DNA from: a virus
Direction: 5' to 3' (one strand)
Virus record (IMG/VR): IMGVR_UViG_3300032288_005579
Length of the DNA stretch: 64,000 nucleotides
Shown in pieces: positions 10,301-20,502 of the stretch. Within the stretch, counting starts at the first letter, position 1, and each line of letters opens with the position of its first letter. The translations under genes were made by a program, and so were the position numbers. The notes below the pieces were generated by a model. It was not told the origin of the DNA, ran no database searches, and saw nothing but the letters and a program-made list of their open reading frames with translations.

Positions 10301-10713
10301 TAAAAGGAAAACAAGAGTTTGAAAAATCTGAAAAATTAACTCAAACAAGCATCATACCGCAAGGAGATAAAGCGGCAGATAGATCAGTTCAACCAACAAC
10401 CCAAAGCATTCAAAGGGTGCCACAACAGACGCCCGTTCAAATGCCGGCTGATGCTACACTGAAAATAGGCGAAATACTGGCCAAAGCAACCAACCAAAAC
10501 AATCAACCCAAAGTAGATGTAAGTTCAATAGGGGAGATTGTAAAAACTGCGCTTGAAGGAGTTAAGACCGCAATAGCGAACAACAACGGCAGAATGCCAG
10601 AGGTTGTCATCAACTTGGATGGAGCGCCTTTGGCCAAAGCCACCGGTGATAATTTCCAAAAAAGAGGTTTCTCATCTACTAGTACAAGCCCCTTATTTTT
10701 ACAGGGCGTATAA
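7306..10713 (+). CDS. Tape measure protein
   Basis: 1135 aa, helical and A/K/Q/E-rich; position after the chaperones; C-terminal FALGGYTGDG...AGLVHAQEYVVNA motif. Confidence 0.85.
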   Translation: MAVDNEKPEQPKSAAAPSQKEDAQDFLKVFKERLGIERSIRDEAKYSIQNLEKQLQTIQKQNAKLESQNRDTINIKTINSEILRNKQDLYVTTAKIADKEKEVLKGDPKKIEAFKQQMQEHEKLKKAEKKAEDELRESAIKVESEKKKLGAAGAAQAEKTFSKQKQLTQDLAFAESEAKRKIELADQNRTKDIEATEKEMASKKTDLQKKVHQDGVKLASLDRLLDNKNLSEQKREKLERQKYEIESNKKQSENELSLIDETKKKRLDAFEAIRAREVEDAQSTLQTTQKNIAEEQKLLQENLTDGEKAYQQSLETMDAKQQQLDIAKDQSQLNLDSMDEEALTLAALQKQKDVEEAQLAINEKRKQQEVEVSDTLGLTGTLAQKFTEKLGVGEGVYNAMTEKARQLVEEQEKSGKKMGLLSSRWEVLKAGIKAAGQNLRDMWNDPVARAAILAGILKTAWNGLRAGFDKVGAAAAGAGNMLKKMSSDSASVFSDLAKPALDIVSKIPMVGGLISGVLSGIIAVVDMVTGMNDALIKTGRTLGMTYEQTKALNHQFQNFSASSGDIFNNSKKLLESYGEISKELGVITTLSNQDLTTNIKLRDLAGLDVQTRTKLMTIAKTSGKDVQTLTSNILAQTTALQKQTGIQLNNQKVLAEVTKLSGVLGLQFSKFPEKITAAYVQMKALGMELTSLDQKADGFLNFQDSIQKEFEAQLLTGKDLNLMKVRELMLNNKIADAGLLIAKQVGSSKDFLKMNRLEAQSYAAAMEMTRDEVANMLRDQEAMAAFGANSTKEVQKQVELLRQQGKEHEAIAKLGSREAYDAMTKATLQEKIAAFIEKIKQSLADFVERTGLIEKIEKMFKWLEDPSKIRGVIFAVRDAFAGIVDIMMSVVGGIMTALSKWPFNAVSSDELFKFRDMQKSISKNIRSVGTEALQDAGQEQKGKDPNKKEFALGGYTGDGPKNKIAGLVHAQEYVVNADQLEKLGGVVNFQKTLSELLMLKGKQEFEKSEKLTQTSIIPQGDKAADRSVQPTTQSIQRVPQQTPVQMPADATLKIGEILAKATNQNNQPKVDVSSIGEIVKTALEGVKTAIANNNGRMPEVVINLDGAPLAKATGDNFQKRGFSSTSTSPLFLQGV

Positions 10714-10723
10714 AAATTAAAGC

Positions 10724-13102
10724 ATGGGAATATTTCAAAAATACATACAGGGAGATAAAACAAAATTAGGTGTACCGCCGAGTACGACTTCCCCGTCGTA
10801 CGAACCCAAAGAGCTCAAAGATTGGAAAACCGATCTTAGGTATTTAAGGTTCGAACTAGACAGAAAAGACGGGGCGTCTTCCAACCAACCGTACGCCCAG
10901 TTCCCTGTACCTGGACCCTATCCGACTAAACTCAATAAAATTCCCACGATCAGTTTGACTGGGGCTACCACATATCTTGATCAAGTCAATCAAAACACTT
11001 TTTTAAGCGGATACAGGTCCAATTTTAACTTAAGAAAAACTTTCATAGACCTATACAACGCCAACGCTGGTCCTGACTTTCCGATTAGGGGAGGGGGAAG
11101 TTACGACGTAGGCGCTCAATTTACGACGCTGTCGGGTCAAATAGACAGACAAAGAATATCTAGCTTCCTCTATGATTTGAATTCTCCAAAGGGAAAGTTA
11201 TTCATAGACAAGCAGAAGAAACTACAGTTCTCAAACCCGAACATAGAGACAGGCGAGGGCATAGTCATACCCCCGTCAAGTCAGGACAAGACTAGTTTAA
11301 AAAGCCGTTTAGGCGCTCTATTGAACAACGGAGATTTTCCAGCTTTCCAAAAAAACACTAGAGTTTACAACGAAAATAACACGCTGCTTCAAGTCGCGGG
11401 AATGGGAACCGGGCAACACGCTCTTAGAGCGGGATTTTCTCCATTCGATTTGGGACAGGACTTCTACGAGAAGACCGTGGGAATGCAACTTTTCATGGAT
11501 CTTAAAACGGCTGTGTCATCGAATAGACTGACAGTGTTGTACCAATACAAACTCGCTAACGGTAATCCGATAGTAAGCACATCGAGTCAAGACGGATTAA
11601 AATCCTCCTCAAAATCGTTATCTACAGTAAATAAACTGGGAATATCGATGAACAATCTGATACTCTTCGATTATCCAGGAGGTCCCAATTCCGCTTACGG
11701 CATAGGTTTTACTACCATTAGACGTTTTACGAATACGAGTCCCGTGTTTGATAAACCTAACGGAGAAACCACATTCGTAGGAACACCAGTTACTAGAGTT
11801 AGAACGGGTTTGGCCATGAGTTACGAAGCGATATCAAAACAAACTATAAACTCTACAAATTCTCCGGGTCTTCCTAGAGTCACTGATATACAAGATTTTA
11901 AGGAAGCTCAAGATCCTATTTATAAAATCAGGGATAGGGAAACTCTGTATTACGGGCCTGGTCAAACGGACAATATCGGAGAAAACGAAGCCGTAGAATT
12001 AAAGTCAGGAGATAATCCATGGGTAAATACGGAAGATGCAGCCAGCGGCACAGTTACTCGTAAGAAAGCTGCAAACGATCAAATAAAGTTCGGATTTGAA
12101 TGCATAAATTACGATGGAAAGAATAATATATTTTTACAATTCAGAGCATTTTTAACAAACGGATTACAAGACAACCATCAAGCTTCATGGAGCAATTTCA
12201 AATACTCGGGTAGGGGCGAAGATTTTTATACGTACAACGGTTTTAGTAGGAACGTAACTTTCGGTTTTAAAGTTTTAGTAGAAAACCCAGAATACCTATT
12301 GACTACCTACAGAAAATTAAACTACCTTGTTTCGCAGGTGTATCCAGACTACTCGCCTACTACGAACATTATGAGAGCTCCAATAGTTAGATTGACCGTA
12401 GGAGATTACCTATACAGAGTACCTGGAATAATGACTAACGTGAACATAACGGTGGATCAAGCCGCAAGTTGGACAAACCCAGGAATAGATCCAGGCATAA
12501 TTGATAGGTGGGAAAATGAAGAGGGCAATAAAACATACCAATACGAATCAGCTGCTCAGATGCCCCAATACGTGAGCGTTCAGATCACATTCAATCCTAT
12601 ACTCGATGTAATTCCTCAAAGATCTAAACCTGGTCAATTGACGCCTTTATTTATGAATATAGGTGAAGGTTACGATAAAAAGGAATTGACTCCTAAAAGT
12701 TCTAATAGTTCTGAGGAGACTGTAAATTGGCAAGATCGCAAGGGAGATTTGACAGGTCAAGAGCAATTGGATATATTGCAGGGCGTTAAAAGGGATAGAA
12801 GACGAGCTAAACGCGTAGAAAATCGCGCTGATGCCCAAGCAAATAGACAACAAAGAAGATCTGAGAGAGCTGGTAGAAGAGACAATAGAGAAGATGATCG
12901 TCTAATGGGAAATAGCGTACTTAGTCAAGAGGATGCTGACAAGCGAATAAAGCTAGGAGAAAGACTACTAAATGCTCAGATTAGAAAAACAAAGAAATTC
13001 CAAGATCGACAAGATAAAAAATTGTTCAAAAGTCTAAAATCAGACGACAAAATAATTACTCCCGATCAAGGATACAAACCTTGGATGTATCAAAATTATT
13101 AA
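10724..13102 (+). CDS. Baseplate / tail-tube initiator-like virion protein
   Basis: Central QFRAFL...SWSNFKYSGRGEDFYTYNGFSRNVTFGFKV...RLTVGDYL segment typical of contractile-tail tube-initiator proteins; R/D-rich low-complexity C-terminus. Confidence 0.6.
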   Translation: MGIFQKYIQGDKTKLGVPPSTTSPSYEPKELKDWKTDLRYLRFELDRKDGASSNQPYAQFPVPGPYPTKLNKIPTISLTGATTYLDQVNQNTFLSGYRSNFNLRKTFIDLYNANAGPDFPIRGGGSYDVGAQFTTLSGQIDRQRISSFLYDLNSPKGKLFIDKQKKLQFSNPNIETGEGIVIPPSSQDKTSLKSRLGALLNNGDFPAFQKNTRVYNENNTLLQVAGMGTGQHALRAGFSPFDLGQDFYEKTVGMQLFMDLKTAVSSNRLTVLYQYKLANGNPIVSTSSQDGLKSSSKSLSTVNKLGISMNNLILFDYPGGPNSAYGIGFTTIRRFTNTSPVFDKPNGETTFVGTPVTRVRTGLAMSYEAISKQTINSTNSPGLPRVTDIQDFKEAQDPIYKIRDRETLYYGPGQTDNIGENEAVELKSGDNPWVNTEDAASGTVTRKKAANDQIKFGFECINYDGKNNIFLQFRAFLTNGLQDNHQASWSNFKYSGRGEDFYTYNGFSRNVTFGFKVLVENPEYLLTTYRKLNYLVSQVYPDYSPTTNIMRAPIVRLTVGDYLYRVPGIMTNVNITVDQAASWTNPGIDPGIIDRWENEEGNKTYQYESAAQMPQYVSVQITFNPILDVIPQRSKPGQLTPLFMNIGEGYDKKELTPKSSNSSEETVNWQDRKGDLTGQEQLDILQGVKRDRRRAKRVENRADAQANRQQRRSERAGRRDNREDDRLMGNSVLSQEDADKRIKLGERLLNAQIRKTKKFQDRQDKKLFKSLKSDDKIITPDQGYKPWMYQNY

Positions 13103-13114
13103 CAAATCATACAG

Positions 13115-13438
13115 ATGCCGTATAGATACGATATATCACCTATAAAAAAGATAACCGATTCCACGTCTAAGAATTTTGGGGAGAGGTACTACGCGAACAA
13201 CGTGTACCCCGACATACCGCTTAGCGACGGAGATGTGTACGTCGTGACGACTTACGGAGATCGTTTGGATCTCCTTGCTCACGACTACTACGGAGATTCT
13301 TCGATGTGGTGGATAATAGCTTCGGCGAATTCCCTCCCCGGGGATTCTATGTATCCCCCGATGGGAGAACAGATAAGGATACCTGCGAGTCCTATGCAAG
13401 ATTACATGTCGTACAAAGAGTTCAACATAAGAAGGTAA
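13115..13438 (+). CDS. LysM-like baseplate wedge protein (gp53/tail-X-like)
   Basis: YVVTTYGDRLDLLAHDYYGDSSMWWIIASAN...GEQIRIP. Confidence 0.85.
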   Translation: MPYRYDISPIKKITDSTSKNFGERYYANNVYPDIPLSDGDVYVVTTYGDRLDLLAHDYYGDSSMWWIIASANSLPGDSMYPPMGEQIRIPASPMQDYMSYKEFNIRR

Positions 13439-13442
13439 AACT

Positions 13443-16400
13443 GTGGCGTACATACAATTAGAAAACATACTTGGGGTACCTATAGAAATTTTCGTAAGGA
13501 ACCAAATTAGGAATAGGAGCAGCAGGATCTCATCAACTAATTCTAATTGGAACGAAGACGATACCATAAAATATAAGGCCAACCGAACCGGATGGGTGAG
13601 GCTAGTTTCTGGGGTCGACGTCAACGAAGAGAATCTCATGAAAACGTATGGTCTCTCAGATCCAAGCGATTTAGCCAAGAGTTTCGTTCTCATGGGAGGA
13701 ACTTCTAAATATAAGACAAGGACAGTTAAACCATATAAATACGATCCCGATAGTTCAGAAGAATACAATCTTAAGTGGCAAGCAGAAGCTCCTGAGATAA
13801 CTGAGTTTGACGGGTATTCCCTAAGATCGGGTTTTCAAGACACATACAACCTTTTCGGAGCAGACGAACTCAACAGTTTCGGTTACAGACCCATGCCCGG
13901 TATAAAGTCTGTGAAGATAACTACAGCTGGTAAATTGGGATCCATAAAAACTGCGAACATCTCATTCACTGTCAACAGTAAGTCCCAGCTCGACGTCATA
14001 GACATATTGTATTTCAAATTGGGATACATGATGTTCTTGGAGTGGGGAAACACAATGTACGTGGACACTAAAGGTGTTGTAAAATCCTCTGAAGAGTACA
14101 GCATAGATCCGTTCGAAGTCGGAATGGACAAAGACAGGTTGAGAGCGAAGATACTAAAATCCATTAAAGAGTCTGACGGAAATTACGACGCCATGATAGG
14201 CATAGTCACGAACTTCAACTTCTCTTTCAAGGACGGATCCTACAGCTGCGAATTGTCCCTCATGGGACTCGGTGTTTTGGCGGAGTCCATGAGGATGAAC
14301 AACACCGCTACGCAGTACCCCGAATTGCTTCGAAACACGATAAAAGATTTAGTGAATCTCAGAAACGCAGAAATAGAAGAGACAAAAAGGAAAGCTAGAG
14401 AGAAAGCCTTAAAACAATTGAACGCGCAATTCGCGGTTGAAGGAACTCCTATAAAAGCGAGTCAATTAGCCCAACCTGAAAATGCTTCGAAGTTCGGATT
14501 CACGGTCTTGTACACTTTCAATAATTCGAATGAAAATCGGCTCCTAGCTAAGGATTACTATTTTAAAGATGCAGGTGGAAATGATTTTTTGATAATAAAT
14601 CAATTTCAAACAGGAGACGATTCAAAAGCCATATCAGGAAAAGCTCAAATGAGACTTAACACGATAACAAACACGTACGAATACTCTGATGCGGCTGAAA
14701 ACTATAAAGTACAAATATCTTCTGATAAAATAGATAAAGTATTTAAAATATATGACTCTTCGTACAACGCAGCAGATATAAAAGCTGTCGCAGCCGAATC
14801 TTTAGATTACACAAATATAGAAATTAGCGTCAAAGAGGGAGGTTTACAATTTCCAATTTGGTATGGAAAAGACAATCCAAACTATTCAGCAATTCCAAAA
14901 AAATACGATGGAAGTTCTGCGCGCATAAAAAACGATTACACGGAAAAGTTTGAATTTTTTGCAGCTGGAAATGGTGATAAGTGGTGGTACTATCATTATT
15001 TAACCAAGGCGAATATACGATTTACTTTGGGAAGTATAGACATCAAAGTATCAAATTTTCCTATAAGACTCACAGAAACCTCAGAAGGCATAGTTGAAGC
15101 AGGAATTAATCGAAGAGTTAGATTCGAGGAAGGAAAATTGTATGACTTCACGTCAGATTTTAATAAATTACGAGACTTGATGCTCATAATATTTAGTAGA
15201 GTAAAATATACAGAATCGACAAAATTTGGATTTGAAATAAGCCGAGGAAGTGCAAGCGATATCATACAATATTCCTGTCAATTCTCCGTAAACATATCTG
15301 ATTTCCAAGACATTCTTAATACTGGGATAGAAGGTCCTATATACACAAATTCTAGTTTAAACAGTCCTGAAGATAATTCTCCTCTTTATAGAAGAGATAA
15401 AGCACCGGAAGCTTATGGACAAATAAAATTAGAAATACAAAATTTACTATTAAATGAAACTTTCAATTTTTCAATAACAGCATCTACTACTGACAGCGCT
15501 TTCTTGCAAAATCTAAATATTGTAAACGGTATTACTTTATCTCCATCAAAAAAAATAAGGATATTCTCTGATGCAGGTACATTTACAACTGATTCTGATG
15601 CGGCAAGACAGGCAGAAGAAGAAGCCATAGACGAATTGGGAGACAAAGGTAAAAAATTGGATGCTAATGAAGTCCAGAGTTACGAAGCTTCCCGTTATTC
15701 TTCTTATCTACAATTGATGTTAAGGGGAGTACAACTCTACAGTTACGCTAAAGTAAGTAAAAAAGGACAAAGGTCGACGCTTAAACAAACTGCAAATCTA
15801 GCAGAGTACATAACCAACTTTATAAATCCTTCACCTACTCAAGGCAACAAATCCTCATCTGAGGATAAAAACTTCATAGACAATTTATTTGAGAACGGCG
15901 CTTTGAAAGTGTTAAAAAATGAAAATTACAATATAGGAAAATTCGTAAACGATACGTTACCTGAGAAAATCGATTTCGAAAACAACAGATATTACACAGA
16001 ATTGTCCTACGGTTTTGCAAGAATGATCATGAGATCCGAGGATCCATTGCTTTTGATTACTAAAGGCAAGCCAAAAGAAGAGGACGCAACAAACACGAAT
16101 AACGAGAATAAAAAAACAGAGCAATCTGAAGAAAACAAAGAGACCAAATTTATTCAGGGTCCCGTAAAGTTTGAAGATCTTATGGTCTCTTATGTCGTCC
16201 CTTACAACCAAGTTTCTCAAGACGCTTCAGCTACAGCAGAATTAAATTATCCCTGTTACATACCGCTCGGGTTTCTATTCATGATGTTCAACCACGTTAG
16301 TTTGCTGTACGAAAACGATAGTAAGAAAGGAGAAAAAGATAAAAATAGGCCTTTAGTTTACATAGATTTCAATCCCGACAGCAATCTTTGTTTAAGAAGC

Positions 16401-18323
16401 GGACAAACGCTAACGATAGATCCCTACAAATTTCTAGTGCCGTATCATGGAACATCTGAGCAATTTCAACAACTTTTTGACGACAACGTAAAGAAAGACG
16501 CAAAGACTTTAAAATCTCCTAAAGATACAAGCGCAAGAATTAAAGGAGCGGAAAACATTTGGGATCCCTCAAAACAAGACGGAATTTCTAAGTATTTACC
16601 GTCTTTTATAACTGACGATGCCGGTTACGGAGTGTACAAAGGGAAGTTAATGAACGTGCTTGTAAACGTATCGTACGTGCTTAGCATGATAGAAAACAAA
16701 ATACAAGCCGACGAATCCAATAGCTTGCTTCTGAAACCGACTTTGGAAGATTTGGTCATAGATCTCAATAGGTGTTTGGGAAGTTTTAACTATTTACGGG
16801 TAGGATACGATCAAGAAGCCAACGTATTTTACATAACAGACGATCAAAGCGTTCCTAGCGTGAATATGGTAGATAGACAAAAGTCAAACGGAGGGAAATA
16901 CGATTTGCCGCTTTACGGAAAAAATAGCATAGCGGAATCTTTCGATTTTAAAACAGAGTACGGTACTAAGTTAGCTAACCTACTCGCTATAGCGGCGAAT
17001 TCTGATACGGGAGGAGAAGAAGGATCTTCGACAGCGGGAAAAGAAGTCAGCACAATAGCCAAAGCAAACAAGGGACTTGTAAATAGGTACGCGCCTGTCA
17101 TAGGAGCCGTTAACGAACCAAAACCCAAAGAAAATAAAGATCAAAAAGACGCTGCTGAATCCACGTCTAAATCTCAAGAACCAAACGATACAACGAAATT
17201 GGCGGCTCTGCAATTCAACAACGCGATAAAAAGTTTTTACTCTGAGTTAAATAACAGTTCCCAAGACAAAGTCAATCTTTGTACGAACTACTATTTAGAC
17301 AGATTGACTAAAACAAAAACAAAAGATCCGTCTACGAACTCTTCGGCGATGATTCCGTTGACTCTAAACTTTACCACAGACGGAATTTCAGGATTATACA
17401 TGGGCAACGCTTTCACCGTTAGCGAAGATATTTTGCCTTACAGTTTCAATAGAACAATAAAATCAACCGATGCAAACGGAGACGGAGAAGTCACTACTAG
17501 AACTCTCGGATTCATTATCACCGGATTGGATCACAGCATAGAGAACAATCGATGGAAGACGAGCGTCAAAGCGAACATGTACTATTTAAAATCTTTGACA
17601 GATTACAGCGCTGAAACTAGGAATTTATCACAGGATACGGGTGGTATAACTGTAGATCAAAAAGCTCTGGCTGAGGCTAAAAAAGCGCAAATACCCGAGG
17701 GTGAAACTCCAATGAGTACAGATAATTTTGGAATAGGTAAAAAGTATCACTCAAATTATGAGTTTAAACGTGGTACTTCAAACATCGATTTGTCTAAGAT
17801 GGGTCTTAGTGCTTTATCAGATAGCGAAATAAACGATGTTACAAACGAAAATAGATTTAATTTCGGGACAATACCCAGTCCAGTACAATACTTTGTTGTT
17901 CACCACACAGCCGGATGTCAAGCTTGCGGATATCAAGGAACAGTAAAAACGTTCTACGATAGAGGGTTACCAGTTCAATACATAATAGATAGAGACGGAT
18001 CGATATACAGATTCTTGCCGGATGGAGCTAAGGGACAGCACACGTACCCAGGTAAAGTTAACGGAAAAACCATAAGTAATTCAAATTCTATAGGAGCTGA
18101 ATTGGTGTCTGCACTTGATAATGCAGATGCTAGCATAACAGACGCTCAAGTAAACTCTGCTATTAAGCTTATACACTGGTTGGGTATATCAAAAGAAAAC
18201 GTGTTTGGTCACGGAGAGGTGCAAACTACAGAGAATCTAAGAGCCGGCGGTTTCGACACTTCGTTCACTAAAGAGCCAAATGAAGGCGGTAAAGTGTGTA
18301 CAAAAATAAGAACGCAGGGATAA
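13443..18323 (+). CDS. Baseplate hub protein with C-terminal N-acetylmuramoyl-L-alanine amidase (Amidase_2)
   Basis: N-terminal RPMPGIKSV...LEWG...GNYDAMIG hub motifs; C-terminal VVHHTAG, HTY, NSNSIGAEL, GHGEV zinc-amidase motifs. Confidence 0.75.
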   Translation: MAYIQLENILGVPIEIFVRNQIRNRSSRISSTNSNWNEDDTIKYKANRTGWVRLVSGVDVNEENLMKTYGLSDPSDLAKSFVLMGGTSKYKTRTVKPYKYDPDSSEEYNLKWQAEAPEITEFDGYSLRSGFQDTYNLFGADELNSFGYRPMPGIKSVKITTAGKLGSIKTANISFTVNSKSQLDVIDILYFKLGYMMFLEWGNTMYVDTKGVVKSSEEYSIDPFEVGMDKDRLRAKILKSIKESDGNYDAMIGIVTNFNFSFKDGSYSCELSLMGLGVLAESMRMNNTATQYPELLRNTIKDLVNLRNAEIEETKRKAREKALKQLNAQFAVEGTPIKASQLAQPENASKFGFTVLYTFNNSNENRLLAKDYYFKDAGGNDFLIINQFQTGDDSKAISGKAQMRLNTITNTYEYSDAAENYKVQISSDKIDKVFKIYDSSYNAADIKAVAAESLDYTNIEISVKEGGLQFPIWYGKDNPNYSAIPKKYDGSSARIKNDYTEKFEFFAAGNGDKWWYYHYLTKANIRFTLGSIDIKVSNFPIRLTETSEGIVEAGINRRVRFEEGKLYDFTSDFNKLRDLMLIIFSRVKYTESTKFGFEISRGSASDIIQYSCQFSVNISDFQDILNTGIEGPIYTNSSLNSPEDNSPLYRRDKAPEAYGQIKLEIQNLLLNETFNFSITASTTDSAFLQNLNIVNGITLSPSKKIRIFSDAGTFTTDSDAARQAEEEAIDELGDKGKKLDANEVQSYEASRYSSYLQLMLRGVQLYSYAKVSKKGQRSTLKQTANLAEYITNFINPSPTQGNKSSSEDKNFIDNLFENGALKVLKNENYNIGKFVNDTLPEKIDFENNRYYTELSYGFARMIMRSEDPLLLITKGKPKEEDATNTNNENKKTEQSEENKETKFIQGPVKFEDLMVSYVVPYNQVSQDASATAELNYPCYIPLGFLFMMFNHVSLLYENDSKKGEKDKNRPLVYIDFNPDSNLCLRSGQTLTIDPYKFLVPYHGTSEQFQQLFDDNVKKDAKTLKSPKDTSARIKGAENIWDPSKQDGISKYLPSFITDDAGYGVYKGKLMNVLVNVSYVLSMIENKIQADESNSLLLKPTLEDLVIDLNRCLGSFNYLRVGYDQEANVFYITDDQSVPSVNMVDRQKSNGGKYDLPLYGKNSIAESFDFKTEYGTKLANLLAIAANSDTGGEEGSSTAGKEVSTIAKANKGLVNRYAPVIGAVNEPKPKENKDQKDAAESTSKSQEPNDTTKLAALQFNNAIKSFYSELNNSSQDKVNLCTNYYLDRLTKTKTKDPSTNSSAMIPLTLNFTTDGISGLYMGNAFTVSEDILPYSFNRTIKSTDANGDGEVTTRTLGFIITGLDHSIENNRWKTSVKANMYYLKSLTDYSAETRNLSQDTGGITVDQKALAEAKKAQIPEGETPMSTDNFGIGKKYHSNYEFKRGTSNIDLSKMGLSALSDSEINDVTNENRFNFGTIPSPVQYFVVHHTAGCQACGYQGTVKTFYDRGLPVQYIIDRDGSIYRFLPDGAKGQHTYPGKVNGKTISNSNSIGAELVSALDNADASITDAQVNSAIKLIHWLGISKENVFGHGEVQTTENLRAGGFDTSFTKEPNEGGKVCTKIRTQG

Positions 18324-19154
18324 ATGAGATACTATCCATCATTCGCGGTAAAAATCAATTTAGTAGCAAACGGAGATTTGCAACTAGACGGAAAACCTTA
18401 TTCTGGATACTACTACGAAACATTCGACGGGGAAGTATTCTCAGGTCCAAATCCAGTCATAGGACCGGGAGAAAAATTGTCAAGATCTCAAATCGTAGAA
18501 GGACCAGACCACAGCTCCACACTATCTTATTTTAATCCGTTTACATATAGCACTACCGGAAAAGATTTTACCCTTGACGGAAAACCTTACAGTGGTCCGT
18601 ATTTCATAGATTCCGCTGGAGATTACAGAACTCCTCCAGACGCACAACCTCCTCAAAATGCGAATAGACGCCTTGAATCCACGGGAGAGGGTATAAAAGT
18701 AAATAAAAGCGCAGCGCCAGGAATAAGGAGCACTAACCAAAATTTATTCGAACCCACGCCCTACTATCCTTTTCCACTGGAATCTGATTACAGTGTGGGA
18801 TACATAACGAGGTATTTTGTGAAGCGAGTGAACGATCGAGGATACGTGGTAGAGATATCCCCCGATGAATACGCTGCCATACAAAACGGATCAGTGAGAT
18901 ACGACGTTTCATTCTACACATCAGCAAAAATACTGTGGAGAATAAGAGGCGCAGAGAAGAGCGAGAGATTGTCGCAATACGACTTCAGAGAAAGCGTAGA
19001 GGACACGAACAAAAGATTGGTCGAGAAATTAGACACGACTTTCCTCGGTATAAAAGCGTTCATAGGAGGAGATTACAAGAAGTTCTACAGACCTGACACA
19101 GTTGTAAATTTCCCGACTGGAAGTTCCGCTTCTACGAAATTTATTTATACATAA
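18324..19154 (+). CDS. Hypothetical virion-associated protein
   Basis: Abuts the hub gene; two LDGKPYSG repeats; YYPFPLESDY..G.ITRYFVKR. Confidence 0.7.
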   Translation: MRYYPSFAVKINLVANGDLQLDGKPYSGYYYETFDGEVFSGPNPVIGPGEKLSRSQIVEGPDHSSTLSYFNPFTYSTTGKDFTLDGKPYSGPYFIDSAGDYRTPPDAQPPQNANRRLESTGEGIKVNKSAAPGIRSTNQNLFEPTPYYPFPLESDYSVGYITRYFVKRVNDRGYVVEISPDEYAAIQNGSVRYDVSFYTSAKILWRIRGAEKSERLSQYDFRESVEDTNKRLVEKLDTTFLGIKAFIGGDYKKFYRPDTVVNFPTGSSASTKFIYT

Positions 19155-19167
19155 CCCAACAGATAGA

Positions 19168-19197
19168 TTTACATTTAGAGAACGAATTGGTTATGTT
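19168..19197 (+). promoter_or_regulatory. Putative sigma70-type promoter
   Basis: TTTACA-N18-TATGTT upstream of 19216; similar TTTACA-N17-TATATT at 20963-20991 and TTTACA-N17-TACATT at 28372-28400. Confidence 0.4.
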
Positions 19198-19215
19198 GCA
19201 ACAAAGGTTTTGACA

Positions 19216-20502
19216 ATGCACTTCTTAGTAGAAAACAAACAACAGTTCGACAGGCTCTCTCCGCAGAGCGAATGCTTTGTACAAGTAGTTCCAAGCAGTT
19301 ACTCTTACCACCCAAAATTGGTGGATGTGTGTTTAGTGTACTATCGCAACATAGAAAAGGGTTACATATTCGCTATAAAGCACAGCGAAACAGCCGGCGT
19401 AGACACTGATCTCGTAGTTCAGTTTTTGAAGAAACACGACCGGGTTTTTGTGCTCGATAGAAAATTTCACTCTTACTTCTTGGATCCAAAAAATTTGGTG
19501 GACATTAAGTTCGAAACTCCTGAATCTGACTCTAAATCCCAGCTTAGAACATCCATACAGTTAGACTACGAGAAAAGATTTTCTGATAAAGAGAATTGCA
19601 ACGAACTCATACCTGTCACCAAGCATTACGAGCACTTAGAAAACGTTTACGATTATTACAAGAATTATTTCTTTAATTGCGGAGATCATTCGTCAATAAA
19701 TAAAGTAGTCGATGCTTACTTTTACGTGGAGAACAGTAGGGTTGGTGTTAAGGACTGTTTCTTTGATGAATTTACTGTGCACAATAAAAAACACTCGTAC
19801 GAAGACGGTGGAGTGTACACGCACTACAACATGTATAACCAAACAGGTCGACCGACGAATACGTTCAACGGAGTAAATTTTTTGGCTATACCCAAAGAAG
19901 ACCATTATAGGACATGTATAATTCCTAAAGCTGATTATTTAGTAGAATACGATTTTGACGGTTATCACATAAGACTCATAGCTAATGAACTTGGCGTTGA
20001 GCTACCAAAGACCTCCATTCACGAGCATCTAGGAAAGCAATACTTCCAAAAGCAAGAGCTCACAGAGGAGGAATACAAACAATCCAAAACCATAACCTTC
20101 AGACAACTTTACGGTGGAGTCATGGAGGAATATAGGCACATAGAGTTGTTTTCTAAGATGGAAAGCATGATAGATTCGCTCTGGAAACAATACAATTCGA
20201 ACAAAGTATTACGTCTTCCTACAGGAATTTATCTGTTCTACGACGTTACCATGACTCCTTACAAGGTCTTCAACTATTACGTACAGAACCTAGAAACTAA
20301 AAACAATTCTGAGAAGATCCTTGCCGTTAAAGAGCTTTTAAAGGGAAAAGGCACAGAATTGGTACTAATAACGTACGATGCATTCCTGTTTGACTTCTCA
20401 GTGTCAGACGGTAAGGAGCTTCTGTGTTCCATAAAGGAAACCCTAGAGTCCGGGGGCTTCCCAGTTAAACACAAATACGGTAAGGACTATATTTTACAGT
20501 GA
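19216..20502 (+). CDS. Short, divergent family A DNA polymerase-like protein
   Basis: Motif A EYDFDGYHIRL, motif B SKTITFRQLYGG, motif C ITYDAFLFD; only about 430 aa. TTG alternative start at 19210. Confidence 0.7.
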   Translation: MHFLVENKQQFDRLSPQSECFVQVVPSSYSYHPKLVDVCLVYYRNIEKGYIFAIKHSETAGVDTDLVVQFLKKHDRVFVLDRKFHSYFLDPKNLVDIKFETPESDSKSQLRTSIQLDYEKRFSDKENCNELIPVTKHYEHLENVYDYYKNYFFNCGDHSSINKVVDAYFYVENSRVGVKDCFFDEFTVHNKKHSYEDGGVYTHYNMYNQTGRPTNTFNGVNFLAIPKEDHYRTCIIPKADYLVEYDFDGYHIRLIANELGVELPKTSIHEHLGKQYFQKQELTEEEYKQSKTITFRQLYGGVMEEYRHIELFSKMESMIDSLWKQYNSNKVLRLPTGIYLFYDVTMTPYKVFNYYVQNLETKNNSEKILAVKELLKGKGTELVLITYDAFLFDFSVSDGKELLCSIKETLESGGFPVKHKYGKDYILQ

